This document shows, in pieces, positions 1-9,415 of a stretch of 64,000 nt of DNA. Below the pieces are notes generated by a model. The model was not told where the DNA came from. It was given only the letters and a program-made list of their open reading frames with translations, and did no database searches. Both the position numbers and the translations under genes were made by a program. The stretch is from positions 62,001-126,000 of the IMG/VR virus record IMGVR_UViG_3300050120_000230. One strand, 5' to 3'. How positions within the stretch are numbered: the stretch's first letter is position 1; each line of letters opens with the position of its first letter.

Positions 1-98
1 TGCTGGGCGAGTTTTTCGTCTATCCGGGCTTGGAATTGCGATTCCAATTTGTCGGCGGCGGTCTTCAGCGCACGGTCCATGATGGTGTCCTGAAACAT
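1..98 (-). CDS. hypothetical protein, runs off the left edge
   Basis: ATG at 96-98 overlaps the stop of 98..601 (TGATG coupling); frame is open to the window edge (MFQDTIMDRALK...). Confidence 0.5.
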   Translation of the reverse strand, partial: MFQDTIMDRALKTAADKLESQFQARIDEKLAQ

Positions 99-601
99 CA
101 GTCTGCCTGTGCGAGGCGAAGGCTGAGCATGAAACGCTCCCACTCGCTCATCAGGAGAGGATTCTCCTTGATGGCCTGTAGGATCACTTCGAAATCTCGG
201 CCCATATGAATGTAGGTGATGGTCGCATCGACGACTTCGGTCACCGCGTTGTCGTCGATGGCGGGCATCGTGGGTATACCGGCCGCAAAGGTTGCGGTGG
301 CGGCGCCGTAGAGCGATGGGATCACGACGTTCTTGTTGTGCAAAGCACTCTGTGCAGCCTGCCCAATTTTGGCTTGGGCGACTTGCATGGGCTCGCGCGA
401 CTCGAACTGCAAACGCAGTCGATCTTCTTGTTGGCGGAACTCTTCGAGCCATCGATTTTCGATAGCTTGTTCCCGTTCGAAGATTTGATCTTGGGTCATC
501 GGGGTAGCGTCAATTTCCAACGCTTCCATGATTTCCTTAGTATAAACAGTCCTGCTCATGAGTCCTTTGGGGTAATGTGCGTAGTTATTTAGGCTCTTCA
601 C
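98..601 (-). CDS. hypothetical phage protein with C-terminal LMSEWERF motif
   Basis: ORF track; shares its C-terminal motif with 585..848. Confidence 0.6.
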   Translation of the reverse strand: MKSLNNYAHYPKGLMSRTVYTKEIMEALEIDATPMTQDQIFEREQAIENRWLEEFRQQEDRLRLQFESREPMQVAQAKIGQAAQSALHNKNVVIPSLYGAATATFAAGIPTMPAIDDNAVTEVVDATITYIHMGRDFEVILQAIKENPLLMSEWERFMLSLRLAQAD

Positions 602-848
602 GCATTTTTAGAGCAATCGTAAACCGTTCCCACTCACTCATGAGGAACGGATCGTCATGAATAGCATCGATAATCACCTTGAAATGCAAGCCGAGTTGAA
701 AAATATCGGAGGCGTTTTCAATAGAGACCTTGCCTATATTCGTGGGCCGATGCCAGTCGGCCATATTGTTGTGGCCGGAGATGATCCGTTTGAACTCTTG
801 GGCAAAGAGAAGCTCGGTAAGTTCTTTGTCTTCCATTTTCCTATCCAA
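585..848 (-). CDS. hypothetical phage protein with C-terminal LMSEWERF motif
   Basis: ORF track; paralogous C-terminus to the neighbouring gene. Confidence 0.6.
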   Translation of the reverse strand: MDRKMEDKELTELLFAQEFKRIISGHNNMADWHRPTNIGKVSIENASDIFQLGLHFKVIIDAIHDDPFLMSEWERFTIALKMREEPK

Positions 849-854
849 CGAAAC

Positions 855-882
855 GAGGGGCGAAGCCTCAGCCTCGCCCCTC
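855..882 (-). terminator. probable intrinsic terminator hairpin
   Basis: GAGGGGCGA...TCGCCCCTC inverted repeat downstream of the clamp gene; weak U-tract. Confidence 0.5.
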
Positions 883-981
883 TGGTCGCGTCAGGCCGAC
901 TGTGAGCCCTCCTGTCGCTACCGCCACCCGCGTGTGATTGCTCACCTCCCTTTTTGGATGCTGGCAGAGCGGCAGATCAGG

Positions 982-1725
982 TTATCGGTTGGCCCGAATG
1001 AAATAGTTGTAGATGCCGTGCGGGGTCTCGACGGCGATACCCAGCACGCCTCGGTTGGTGATCTTCAGCGTGGTAGGGTGCTGGCCGGTCAGCTTCATGA
1101 TCGAGAGGAACTGATGGGTGTTCCACGTCAGGTTGCCCTTCAGGTCGCCCTTGACGCCAGCTTCGAAGACCATGCTCACCCGGTGGTTCGCGGACTCTTC
1201 GTCGCCGATGTAGAACTGAAGGTCACCGTTCTTCGTCCGGGCGCCAAAGCACTTGTCAACTTCGGCGTAGAGGCTGGCCAGTTGCGAGAACTCGGTGACC
1301 TTGGACTTGGTCGGAACGACCGTAACGTCCCACGGGATGTTCGGAATGGTGGCCTGATCGGGAATGTGCTTCGGGTCCATCATGCGGAAATCGGCGTCGT
1401 TGCCGGTCACCTTGTTGCGGAACTCGAACTGCTCGACGGTCATGAGACCATCGCGTTCCTTCTTCTTCACGTTGAAGGTCGCGTCGTCGGTCAGATAATT
1501 CGGGAAGTTCAACAGGCCGCTGAGCAGATTGATGTTGGTCACACCAAACTCGCCCTCGAACTCGGCCAACGGTTGCTTCAGCGTGGCTTCGATGAAAAGG
1601 GTCTTGGTTTCATCGCAACCCTTGATGACCGTTTCTTCGTTGGTGCCAGTGACACGCAGCGCCTCAGTCAGGCCGCCAGTCTGCTTGACCAAGTCAAGAA
1701 GAACTTCTCTCATAGGTATCTCCAA
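982..1725 (-). CDS. probable sliding clamp / polymerase processivity factor (gp45-like)
   Basis: 247 aa, beta/alpha pattern and size typical of clamps, FGVTNINLLSGLL segment, lies downstream of the family B polymerase. Confidence 0.6.
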   Translation of the reverse strand: MEIPMREVLLDLVKQTGGLTEALRVTGTNEETVIKGCDETKTLFIEATLKQPLAEFEGEFGVTNINLLSGLLNFPNYLTDDATFNVKKKERDGLMTVEQFEFRNKVTGNDADFRMMDPKHIPDQATIPNIPWDVTVVPTKSKVTEFSQLASLYAEVDKCFGARTKNGDLQFYIGDEESANHRVSMVFEAGVKGDLKGNLTWNTHQFLSIMKLTGQHPTTLKITNRGVLGIAVETPHGIYNYFIRANR

Positions 1726-1758
1726 TCAATATAGACAGTGTAAGGGGGTCAGTAAGGG

Positions 1759-1986
1759 TTAGACAATATCTTCGTGTAGGTCGCAGGTATTAAGTCGAGT
1801 AGTTGCTTTCAGGAAAGTGTGAAGGGCACACTTGCCCAATCCTGAAATAGATTTGTCTTCAGTTTCGCTGAAATGCACGCAGTCACCACAGCTTCCGGGG
1901 ATCACGCCGAAACGAATTGGGTTCTCGTGCTTGCGAAATCCAGCAAGCTTGCCCATGACAATGGAAGTATCGACTTGGACGGTCAT
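1759..1986 (-). CDS. small Cys-rich hypothetical protein
   Basis: CxxC...C...C pattern; start overlaps the upstream stop. Confidence 0.5.
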   Translation of the reverse strand: MTVQVDTSIVMGKLAGFRKHENPIRFGVIPGSCGDCVHFSETEDKSISGLGKCALHTFLKATTRLNTCDLHEDIV

Positions 1987-2471
1987 ATTTGGAACAGCTT
2001 GAACAGCATGGCTGCCTGTTCATCTTCGAAGGAGAACACAAGGAACGAATGCTTCGGGCGCTTGCGTCTGTCCGCGAAAAGTTTCAACGACCAACTGCCT
2101 CGGGTTTGGGTATGAATCCATTCCGAGATCGACGCGAAATCGTATTGTGCCGTGATTCGCTTCGAAATTACGTTCTTGAATTCCTGATCGGGAACGAACC
2201 GCGTGAGGCTTTCCGGCGAGCAATCCATGATGATTTTTAGGCGTTGGCGATGTTCCCACGAACGCCCGTCAACTTCTTCTGCGTCTGGCTCGGGTGCTTC
2301 GAGTTTCAGGATGTGACACGGAACTTCATACCGAAATCGATGTCCGAAATCGGTGGTCGTGAGAACGATGAATGTGCCCTCTTTCGCAAGTTCAAGAAGG
2401 GCTTCGTTGGTCAGTTCCTCATCAAGAGAAGACAAAGAATTCATCTCCCATGGCTTCCACGGTTTCACCAA
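1983..2471 (-). CDS. hypothetical protein of the FKxxW-like family
   Basis: C-terminus FSFEDEQAAMLFKL; exact start uncertain because it overlaps the end of the polymerase gene. Confidence 0.6.
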   Translation of the reverse strand: MVKPWKPWEMNSLSSLDEELTNEALLELAKEGTFIVLTTTDFGHRFRYEVPCHILKLEAPEPDAEEVDGRSWEHRQRLKIIMDCSPESLTRFVPDQEFKNVISKRITAQYDFASISEWIHTQTRGSWSLKLFADRRKRPKHSFLVFSFEDEQAAMLFKLFQI

Positions 2472-5223
2472 GGTCCCACTTCAGAACGCCCAACAGGTTG
2501 TCCAACTTGTTGTCGATGATGGTCTGCTCCATCGCCTGATGGTCGAAGGGTAGGTTCTTGAACCACTGCGGAATGTGCGGCTCGTCGATAGGATAGGCGA
2601 TGCTGTCGATCTTCATCAGGTTCGGCTTGAGCTTGCACACGATGATCTTGGCGCCGTCGCCGATCCGCATGGAGTAGCGGTCGCCGCTGCTCTCACACAT
2701 CGTGTTCCAGTTCATGGCTGCCTTGACGTGGCCGGGCATGTTGACCTTGGCTTTGAAACCCGCCTTCATCTTCACCGCTTCGGACAGGCTCATGTTGCGG
2801 CCTGCGGCGTAGCGTTGGACGTAGTCGGTCAGTGCCGAGACTTTCTTCGGTGTGCCTTTTTCCCAGCCCGGCCGCGTGGAGAATTCCTTGCGGAACGTGC
2901 GGATTTGGTCGAACAGCATTTCCTTCTCTTCACCGCAAAGAAGGTCCATCAGCAATTTCTCAAGGAACGCCTGCATGAACTTGGGCGTGTCGGCGCGCTT
3001 CATGTCGAGGCCCATGGCCTTCAGCTTGCCGGGCTTGCCCTTGGTGTCCTGACGCTTGCCGTCCTTGTCATACATCAGCACGGCGTATTTCTTCTTCTTG
3101 ATGAAGAGTGCCTTGGAGGCCACCAGTTCGCGGCCTGCCGCGATGATGGCGCCACGAGCCAACGTCGTGTTGAACGTTTCGTGCATGAACTCGGGGAAAC
3201 TGCCGTTCACTTCTTCCGCAATGGCGTCGTAGAGAACGATGATGTTCTCGCGGGTCCATTCGAAATCTGCGTAGCGAGGGTCGTTCTTCAGAACTTCGTA
3301 GGCGCTGAAATACGAGCTATCGGTGTCGGCATAATAGATAGCAGCACCGCGATAATCGTACTCGCCCGTGATGACTTCGTTGATCTTCGCGTTCATGTGG
3401 CGAGCGATAGAACGGCCGGTCAACGTCACCGACTGACCAAGACGTTCGTCATAGAACCGCAGACCTTCGTTCAGAAGGGCGCCGTAGAGGGAGTTCAGCA
3501 AAATCTTACGAGCTTGTTGGCGCTGGTTCCAGAAACCTGCCCAGAAGAGGTGTTCCTTCTTCTTCGCCGGGTCGGTCTCAGCGTCGGCCAAGTTTTCGTA
3601 GTGAAGCTGTTTGCCCTGCATCTCCTGACGTTCGGAATACCACTTTGCCAGAAGCAGCGGGATCATGCCTTCCTTGTCCGTGCTGAACAGGGTGCCGTTG
3701 GCGGTGATGCAGACTTTGTTCTTCGGGTTGAAGACGTAATCGAACAGGTCCCGGCCAGACATGGTCTTGCTGGTGCCGTCTTCGAAATCGAGCGTCACCG
3801 GAGCGCCGTCTTTGGCGTGCATGTGATCGACTTCGAGCGTGCGGAAAATACCTTCCCACGCTTCGGCCCGGTCGATGCCACTGGCGATGCGCTGGGCGAC
3901 AAGTTCCATGGTCTCGGTCAGCCGAACTTGGCCGATGATCGTTTCCGGGCTCATGTTCAGGGCGCGGATGGCAGACGGATACAGCGAGTTGATGTCGCAG
4001 CAGCCAATCTCGTTATGCAGGCCCTTCTTCGGGTCAGCCACGTAGGCTCCGACCACCGGTGTCCGGTCATCGTCATCGTCCGACTCGGAATCATCGTCCT
4101 TGTCGAGCGCATACTCTTTCGGGCGGCGGTTCGGCACGACGAAGCCCATGTCGTGCATTTCGTTGATGATCGCCTGCTCGACGAGGGCCACCGATCCCAT
4201 GGTGGTCTTCAGAAGCACACAATTCGAGTGCGCGACCTGATTGGCCAGTTCGATGAACTTCTTCTTCTCGTCGATCTTGACCAGCAGCATCGTGTCTTGC
4301 CGGTTGTATTCGATGAATCGCTTGAAATCCTTCTTGTAGAGATCGTCGAGCGTGCCTTCGTAGACGGTCTTGTTCTCTCCAACTTCAATCTCGCCGACAT
4401 AGTCGAGGCGATAGGAGTGAAGCTGTTGCGGGTTGTGCTTCTGATAGAGTTCAAGGTAGTCAAGGTGAACTCGGCCCACGAGATCGTAGGTCGTGTGCAT
4501 CCGCTTGAACTTCATATATTCGCGAACCCGAGGAAGCTGGTTCCACAGGCAGAGATCGCGCGTCGAATCCTTACTCATCACTCGCGTGATGCGGTTCACG
4601 AGGTATGGAATATCGAAGCCCGTCGAGTTCCAGCCGGACAGCACATCTGCGTCGTCGATCAATTCAATGAACGACTTGAGAAGGTCCACTTCGTTGTCGA
4701 AGAGCACTGTGTCTTCAAACTGATCGACGATTGCCTGTGCTTCTTCGAGGCTGTAGGTCGGCGGGCACAGCACCATGGTCATCAGGCGCTTACCCAACGT
4801 CGTGTGCAGCGTAATGGCGGTGACCGGATTGAACGGATCGTCGGTAGGCGCGAAGCCGCGTTTCGGGTCGAAATCAACCTCGATGTCGAAGAAGCCGACG
4901 TTCAGTGTCGGGGCTTCGATGCCCTTGTAGTGGTCGGCGAGCGAGCGGAACACCGGGTTGATGTCGCTCTCGAAAATGCGGGGCGGTTTCTTGTTGGTCG
5001 GGGCGAACTGGATGCGGCCGACTTCCTTACGGAACTTCTGGCCGTTGTTGCTTGTGAACTTGCGGCAAGTGTCTCCGAAAATGGAAGTGTGGCTACCCTG
5101 CGGGTGCTCGTAATAGAAAACGTGCTCGGCATCGAACTCCGTCAGGACTCGTTCGTTGTTGATCCGTTCTGCGACGTAGATTTTGTCTTTCTGACGATCA
5201 TAGATCGCATCCACATAACTCAT
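2422..5223 (-). CDS. family B DNA polymerase (T4 gp43-like)
   Basis: Exo motifs FDIE and WNSTGFDIPY; Pol motifs DINSLYPS, KILLNSLYG, YADTDS, KKKY. Confidence 0.97.
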   Translation of the reverse strand: MSYVDAIYDRQKDKIYVAERINNERVLTEFDAEHVFYYEHPQGSHTSIFGDTCRKFTSNNGQKFRKEVGRIQFAPTNKKPPRIFESDINPVFRSLADHYKGIEAPTLNVGFFDIEVDFDPKRGFAPTDDPFNPVTAITLHTTLGKRLMTMVLCPPTYSLEEAQAIVDQFEDTVLFDNEVDLLKSFIELIDDADVLSGWNSTGFDIPYLVNRITRVMSKDSTRDLCLWNQLPRVREYMKFKRMHTTYDLVGRVHLDYLELYQKHNPQQLHSYRLDYVGEIEVGENKTVYEGTLDDLYKKDFKRFIEYNRQDTMLLVKIDEKKKFIELANQVAHSNCVLLKTTMGSVALVEQAIINEMHDMGFVVPNRRPKEYALDKDDDSESDDDDDRTPVVGAYVADPKKGLHNEIGCCDINSLYPSAIRALNMSPETIIGQVRLTETMELVAQRIASGIDRAEAWEGIFRTLEVDHMHAKDGAPVTLDFEDGTSKTMSGRDLFDYVFNPKNKVCITANGTLFSTDKEGMIPLLLAKWYSERQEMQGKQLHYENLADAETDPAKKKEHLFWAGFWNQRQQARKILLNSLYGALLNEGLRFYDERLGQSVTLTGRSIARHMNAKINEVITGEYDYRGAAIYYADTDSSYFSAYEVLKNDPRYADFEWTRENIIVLYDAIAEEVNGSFPEFMHETFNTTLARGAIIAAGRELVASKALFIKKKKYAVLMYDKDGKRQDTKGKPGKLKAMGLDMKRADTPKFMQAFLEKLLMDLLCGEEKEMLFDQIRTFRKEFSTRPGWEKGTPKKVSALTDYVQRYAAGRNMSLSEAVKMKAGFKAKVNMPGHVKAAMNWNTMCESSGDRYSMRIGDGAKIIVCKLKPNLMKIDSIAYPIDEPHIPQWFKNLPFDHQAMEQTIIDNKLDNLLGVLKWDLGETVEAMGDEFFVFS

Positions 5224-5259
5224 GATAAATACCTACGGTGACGATATATTTAGGCAAGA

Positions 5260-5967
5260 ATGTCCAAGAAAAAAACTACAGAAGAATTTATTTTTCAGTC
5301 CCAGAAAATCAATGGTGACCGTTATGATTACTCTTCGACTACTTACCTAAGAGCCCATGAGCATGTTGTAATAACCTGCAAAGAACATGGGTCATTCAGT
5401 CAACGAGCATGTGACCATCTTCATCAACAACAAGGATGCCCCAAATGTGCTCATAACTATCCACTGGATCGAGATGCTTTCATCCAAAGAAGCCGTGCGA
5501 TGTATGGAATGAAATTCCAAGTCATATCGGAATTCAAAGGAGTCAAGTATTCAATAACGTTGTCTTGCGAAAACCACGGGGATTTCAAGATAAAGGTCGC
5601 CCAATCTCATTTTCAAAAAGATGGTGGTTGTCCAAAATGCGTTCTTCAAAAAAGACTTGATAACCTGAAACCCGGAAATACCAGCAAGATCGAGACTAAG
5701 TGGCTCGATGATTTAGGTGTTCCTTTGCGTCAACATCGAATTGATTTGATCGAGGGTAGCGTAGTCGTCGATGGTTTCGATCCGAACACAAATACTGTGT
5801 ATGAGTGCTACGGTTCTTATTGGCATGGCAACCCAGAACTATATTCACCGGAAGACATCAATCCAACCCTCGGTGTGAGTTTCGGCCATCTTTACCAAAA
5901 GACCCTGCGGCGGGAAACTGTTCTCCGCGCCGCAGGATTCAATTTGGTCATGCGTTGGGTTCGTTAG
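5260..5967 (+). mobile_element. free-standing homing endonuclease-like gene (Zn-ribbon repeats plus Vsr/PD-(D/E)xK-like domain)
   Basis: two CxxHG...GCPKC units; VDGFD...YECYGSYWHGNP; AT-richer than flanks; opposite strand to neighbours; TAAATA at 5226-5231. Confidence 0.75.
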
Positions 5968-6227
5968 CGGCGGCCGGTGACTTCGAGAATTTCTTCGACG
6001 GTGTCGAACTGAATCTTCTCTTCTTCGATGGACGCCTTGTAGGCAACGCGGGCGGCCTTCATCAGGGTGCCCGGCTTCCAGCCGAACTCTTCGGCGATGG
6101 CCTTGGCGGTGTCCTTGAGACCAGCCTTCAGGTCGTCGGTTTCTTGGAACACGCGCATGGCGGAATCCATGAAGTCCTTCAGCTTGACGCGGTCGGTCGA
6201 AGTCAGGGTTTCGGTGTCGATGGCCAT
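5964..6227 (-). CDS. small dsDNA-binding protein (T4 DsbA / GapR-like)
   Basis: 87-aa helical protein with DLKAGLKDTAKAIAEEFG...LMKAARVAYK pattern; TTGACA-N18-TAAGCT promoter upstream. Confidence 0.65.
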   Translation of the reverse strand: MAIDTETLTSTDRVKLKDFMDSAMRVFQETDDLKAGLKDTAKAIAEEFGWKPGTLMKAARVAYKASIEEEKIQFDTVEEILEVTGRR

Positions 6228-6336
6228 GATGGCTAATTTCCTAATGCAAATGGGTAGGACAGATGCCGGGTAATTCCGGCTGACTTCTGAAGCTTAGCGA
6301 GTCTCGGACCCGCCTGTCAAATATGGTAAACGAGAA

Positions 6337-6543
6337 TCAGAAATTGGGGCCGCAGGAGGCGAGAAAACCAGTCGCAGTCATTTCGAGAAAGATGCGACCG
6401 TTGCGAGCGTGGATCAACATCCGGGGCAACATGGCGAAAGTTTTCTCACCATCTTCGAAGAAAGCCTCGCCATCACATTCGATAATTTCATCCAAAATGA
6501 ACTCATCGACAGCAACACGCATGTTGTCAGAAATCGAAGACAT
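6337..6543 (-). CDS. hypothetical protein
   Basis: ORF with purine-rich RBS. Confidence 0.45.
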   Translation of the reverse strand: MSSISDNMRVAVDEFILDEIIECDGEAFFEDGEKTFAMLPRMLIHARNGRIFLEMTATGFLASCGPNF

Positions 6544-6558
6544 AATACTCTCTTTTGC

Positions 6559-6586
6559 TTGACGTATCGGTAATTCGTGAGAAACT
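6559..6586 (+). promoter_or_regulatory. early-type promoter TTGACG-N11-CGTGA-GAAACT
   Basis: same motif and spacing recurs at 11254-11281(-), 14266-14293(+) and 41672-41699(+). Confidence 0.75.
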
Positions 6587-6614
6587 TTGATTATAGCAAT
6601 GACGGAGGCACATT

Positions 6615-6968
6615 ATGAGCTTGGCGGACAAACTTACGGACGGACAACTGGACTGCTGCATCGCCGAGTTCAAGCAACGCGGTGGCTTTGTCATGACCCG
6701 CGAGCAGGTTCGCAACATGCTGCGGGGCGAAAACCAACGGTTCCTCTGCCGCAAGCTGATCTCGGGCTACCCGGACGCGACACCGAACTCCGACCATGGC
6801 CTCGACACCTATGAACGCCACATCCTGCTGGACATCTTCGCCGAGCGCATTCTCGGTCGTCCGGCGTGGCCGATGATCGGCGAAATCGGCACCGAACATC
6901 ACGACACGTTCACCAGCGCCATCGTCAACGCCATTCACACCGGCAAGGTCGCCGGTTACGCCAACTGA
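6615..6968 (+). CDS. hypothetical early protein
   Basis: GGAGG RBS and the conserved promoter upstream. Confidence 0.7.
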   Translation: MSLADKLTDGQLDCCIAEFKQRGGFVMTREQVRNMLRGENQRFLCRKLISGYPDATPNSDHGLDTYERHILLDIFAERILGRPAWPMIGEIGTEHHDTFTSAIVNAIHTGKVAGYAN

Positions 6969-8020
6969 TTCTTCCGCTTCGCTTTCACCGCATTCGGCAC
7001 ACCCGGCGTTTCCGGGTTGTCGATTGACGAGAGAATGACCGGAGCTTGCTTGAAACTCGGTAGGTCCCACTTCGCGGTGAAATCTCGCAGTTCTCGCAGC
7101 GACAGGCCGTGGGCCTCGGCATAAGCCTTATCCCCGCCAGCGGCCATCAGAGCCCCGGCAAACGCCACTCTAGGCGCCACGTTGGCCGCCAGCAGAGTTT
7201 GCAGCACAACCGTTTCCATCCGAGAGTTTGAAGTGGCCTCGCGGATGTAGTCGTCGAACGCTTGCAGGGCCTCCGGGTAGATCGGTTGGATCAGATCGTA
7301 GACCGCCTGCGCGAACACACGAATTTCATACTGGGCGTGCGGGTCGAGCCGCAGCTTCAGAAGGTGCATCATGTTGTGCAAGTTCTGGGTCCAGTAGAGT
7401 TCGGTATAGTTGCCGACCGGAAGCACGGTTCGCGCCATCTCACGGGCAATGCCGTTGAACTCTTCGTCGAAGAGAGCGTCATCCTCATCGTAGGGGTCGT
7501 AGATCACTTCCCCAGCCTTGAAGGCGGCGTCGTCTTTCTCACCCAGCAGAGCTTGGTAGATGTCGTAGTTGTGGTCGTAAGCCGCCTGCATCATCCAACG
7601 CACGCCGGTAGTGTTAGGGCCGCTCAGAGCCCCCGCACGACCCTGCTTGTTGTCGCTGCTCTGGGACTGGATCATATCCGGTTCGGGTAGGTAGAACTCG
7701 TCGGTCATGACGGAGTAGCGGCCGGAATATTCGTTGAGGCTGGCGGTACGGTGACGAACCCACTGCCGCATGACGAAGATCGGCATCTTGATATGAAGTT
7801 TGATTTGGCACATCTCGAACGGCGAGGTGTGCTTGTGCCGCATGAGGTAGCGGATCAGGCCACGATCTTCGAGGACAGTCTTCGTGCCGTCGCCATAAGA
7901 GACGCGGGCTGCCTGAACGATAGAAGCGTCGGTGCCCATCGTATCCACGATACCGACGAAGCCGTGATCTAGCACGGACACGTATTTGGGATCACCCGCA
8001 ACTTCAATCTGCTTCGTCAT
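6956..8020 (-). CDS. thyX: FAD-dependent thymidylate synthase
   Basis: AARVSY, HTSPFE, RHRTASLNEYSGRY, HAQYEIR motifs; has a C-terminal extension. Confidence 0.95.
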   Translation of the reverse strand: MTKQIEVAGDPKYVSVLDHGFVGIVDTMGTDASIVQAARVSYGDGTKTVLEDRGLIRYLMRHKHTSPFEMCQIKLHIKMPIFVMRQWVRHRTASLNEYSGRYSVMTDEFYLPEPDMIQSQSSDNKQGRAGALSGPNTTGVRWMMQAAYDHNYDIYQALLGEKDDAAFKAGEVIYDPYDEDDALFDEEFNGIAREMARTVLPVGNYTELYWTQNLHNMMHLLKLRLDPHAQYEIRVFAQAVYDLIQPIYPEALQAFDDYIREATSNSRMETVVLQTLLAANVAPRVAFAGALMAAGGDKAYAEAHGLSLRELRDFTAKWDLPSFKQAPVILSSIDNPETPGVPNAVKAKRKNQLA

Positions 8021-8192
8021 AATTTGCCTTCAAACAATTCAGGTATGCAATGACCGCATCGGGATAAGCTTTGCCGGTAATACGGCGCGGCCCCTCTGGG
8101 GTGGCTCGATATAATTCCAACCTACCGGGCGACCCGATCAGTTGGCCATAATATTCGACTCCGTCGATGATGATAGTTTCAGTCCGAGTCAC
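8004..8192 (-). CDS. small hypothetical protein
   Basis: GTG at 8190-8192 fills the gap in an overlapping gene string; start uncertain. Confidence 0.4.
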   Translation of the reverse strand: MTRTETIIIDGVEYYGQLIGSPGRLELYRATPEGPRRITGKAYPDAVIAYLNCLKANYDEAD

Positions 8193-8475
8193 AGCTATCT
8201 TCGGTAGCTTCCGGTGGGTCGGGTTGTTTCGCACCGTCGATGGTGGAGAACTCGGCGCGGCCGTAGTTCTTGTCCGCCTTCGCAAGGCGGGCGGAAGCAC
8301 GCGTCAGCGCCTCGACGAGGGCTTGCGTCGCACCGTTGGTCAGTTCATGCGACGTGGTCGTGTTGCCCGTCCTGATCTCAAGCGTGAGGCCATAGTGGCT
8401 CTTGAGAACGCGGACGGTGGTTCCCCACGGCGCCGCACAGGTGGCGTAGAATTCTTCGAGAAGTTGGCCGGTCAT
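8179..8475 (-). CDS. hypothetical protein
   Basis: ATGA overlap with the stop of 8472..8705. Confidence 0.55.
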   Translation of the reverse strand: MTGQLLEEFYATCAAPWGTTVRVLKSHYGLTLEIRTGNTTTSHELTNGATQALVEALTRASARLAKADKNYGRAEFSTIDGAKQPDPPEATEDSCDSD

Positions 8476-8705
8476 TTTGTCAATCCCCGAACCGCCCACA
8501 TCACCGCTTGTTCGGCGTTGGTGACACCCAGAGAAGCTTCACGGCTCGGGCCGCTAGCGACGATCACATCGATCAGGGCTTGGCCTGCATCCTTGATCGC
8601 AACCATCTGAGTTTTCTCTGCATCAGAGAGCACGCGATATTGATGGCGGGCGGCATTGTTCGTAGTGCGCTCGTCAGAGGCACTGTCTACAGTTTCGGTC
8701 ATCAT
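8472..8705 (-). CDS. Acb2/Tad1-like nucleotide-signal sponge protein
   Basis: YRVLSDAEKTQMVAIKD...SREASLGVTNAEQAVMWAVRGL resembles the Acb2 (T4 Vs.4) helical-hairpin pattern. Confidence 0.65.
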   Translation of the reverse strand: MMTETVDSASDERTTNNAARHQYRVLSDAEKTQMVAIKDAGQALIDVIVASGPSREASLGVTNAEQAVMWAVRGLTK

Positions 8706-8745
8706 GAAATCCCTAAAATATGGTAAACCATATCAGGAATTGGGG

Positions 8746-9087
8746 TCAGATGTCCGTATCTTTCGGCGGATCGAGATCGCTCAGAGCGTTGAAGATCGTG
8801 CCCATGGCGGCGTCTTCGTCGGCTTGCACGCGGCGGTTCATTTCGTCGTAGATTTCGTTCACGCCTTTTTGGATGGCGAAACGGATTTTCTGGACGTTGA
8901 GAATGACGCGAGCTTCTGCAAGGCGCTTGCGCTCGGGGCCACGCATGACCTTTGCAAGCTCTTCACCCCGAAGGATGCGCTCGTTACCAGCGAAGTCGGT
9001 AACTTTAGCCAAAACGATGAATTCCAGAGGAACTTCATCGGGGTCAATGTTCTGGATAATATCGTCGAACAAATCACTAGGACTCAT
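8746..9087 (-). CDS. hypothetical late protein
   Basis: AGGAG RBS before the ATG at 9087; TAAATA at 9112-9117. Confidence 0.65.
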   Translation of the reverse strand: MSPSDLFDDIIQNIDPDEVPLEFIVLAKVTDFAGNERILRGEELAKVMRGPERKRLAEARVILNVQKIRFAIQKGVNEIYDEMNRRVQADEDAAMGTIFNALSDLDPPKDTDI

Positions 9088-9148
9088 GGGAAAGTCTCCT
9101 TGCACTGGGAATATTTATCCCCATGCAGAAGAACTCTTCGGCTTCCCT

Positions 9149-9415
9149 TTACCGAAGAGTTCCTAAATCACGCATACTTGAAATGTGTTCAAGTGCGGCA
9201 AGTATAACTGCCGCAGCTTTGACCATGTCTGCCTCGAAATCGTCGGCCAGAGGCTTTGTGTGCTTCCGGCTGGAACCGCTCGTCAAATAGGTCGCCGAGA
9301 TGGCGATCCAATCGTTCGGAGAGTTCTTCTCATCCCATTCCGAGCCCGGCAGGTTGAAGTGCCGTTCACGTTCGGAAAGGATGAGATCGACGATCTCTTG
9401 GCGACGCTGGGACAT
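9149..9415 (-). CDS. small helical protein, possibly all-alpha NTP-pyrophosphatase-like
   Basis: ILSERERH...DWIA...DMVKAAAVILAALE pattern. Confidence 0.5.
   Translation of the reverse strand: MSQRRQEIVDLILSERERHFNLPGSEWDEKNSPNDWIAISATYLTSGSSRKHTKPLADDFEADMVKAAAVILAALEHISSMRDLGTLR

Noticed and set aside
2422-5223. Intein or intron in the polymerase
   Set aside because: Motifs are normally spaced in a single 933-aa ORF with no splicing signatures
2575-5241. 888-aa plus-strand ORF (likewise 17492..20230, 34328..36490, 56616..59312, 9185..10474)
   Set aside because: Antisense shadows of well-supported genes, caused by codon bias; no motifs or RBS
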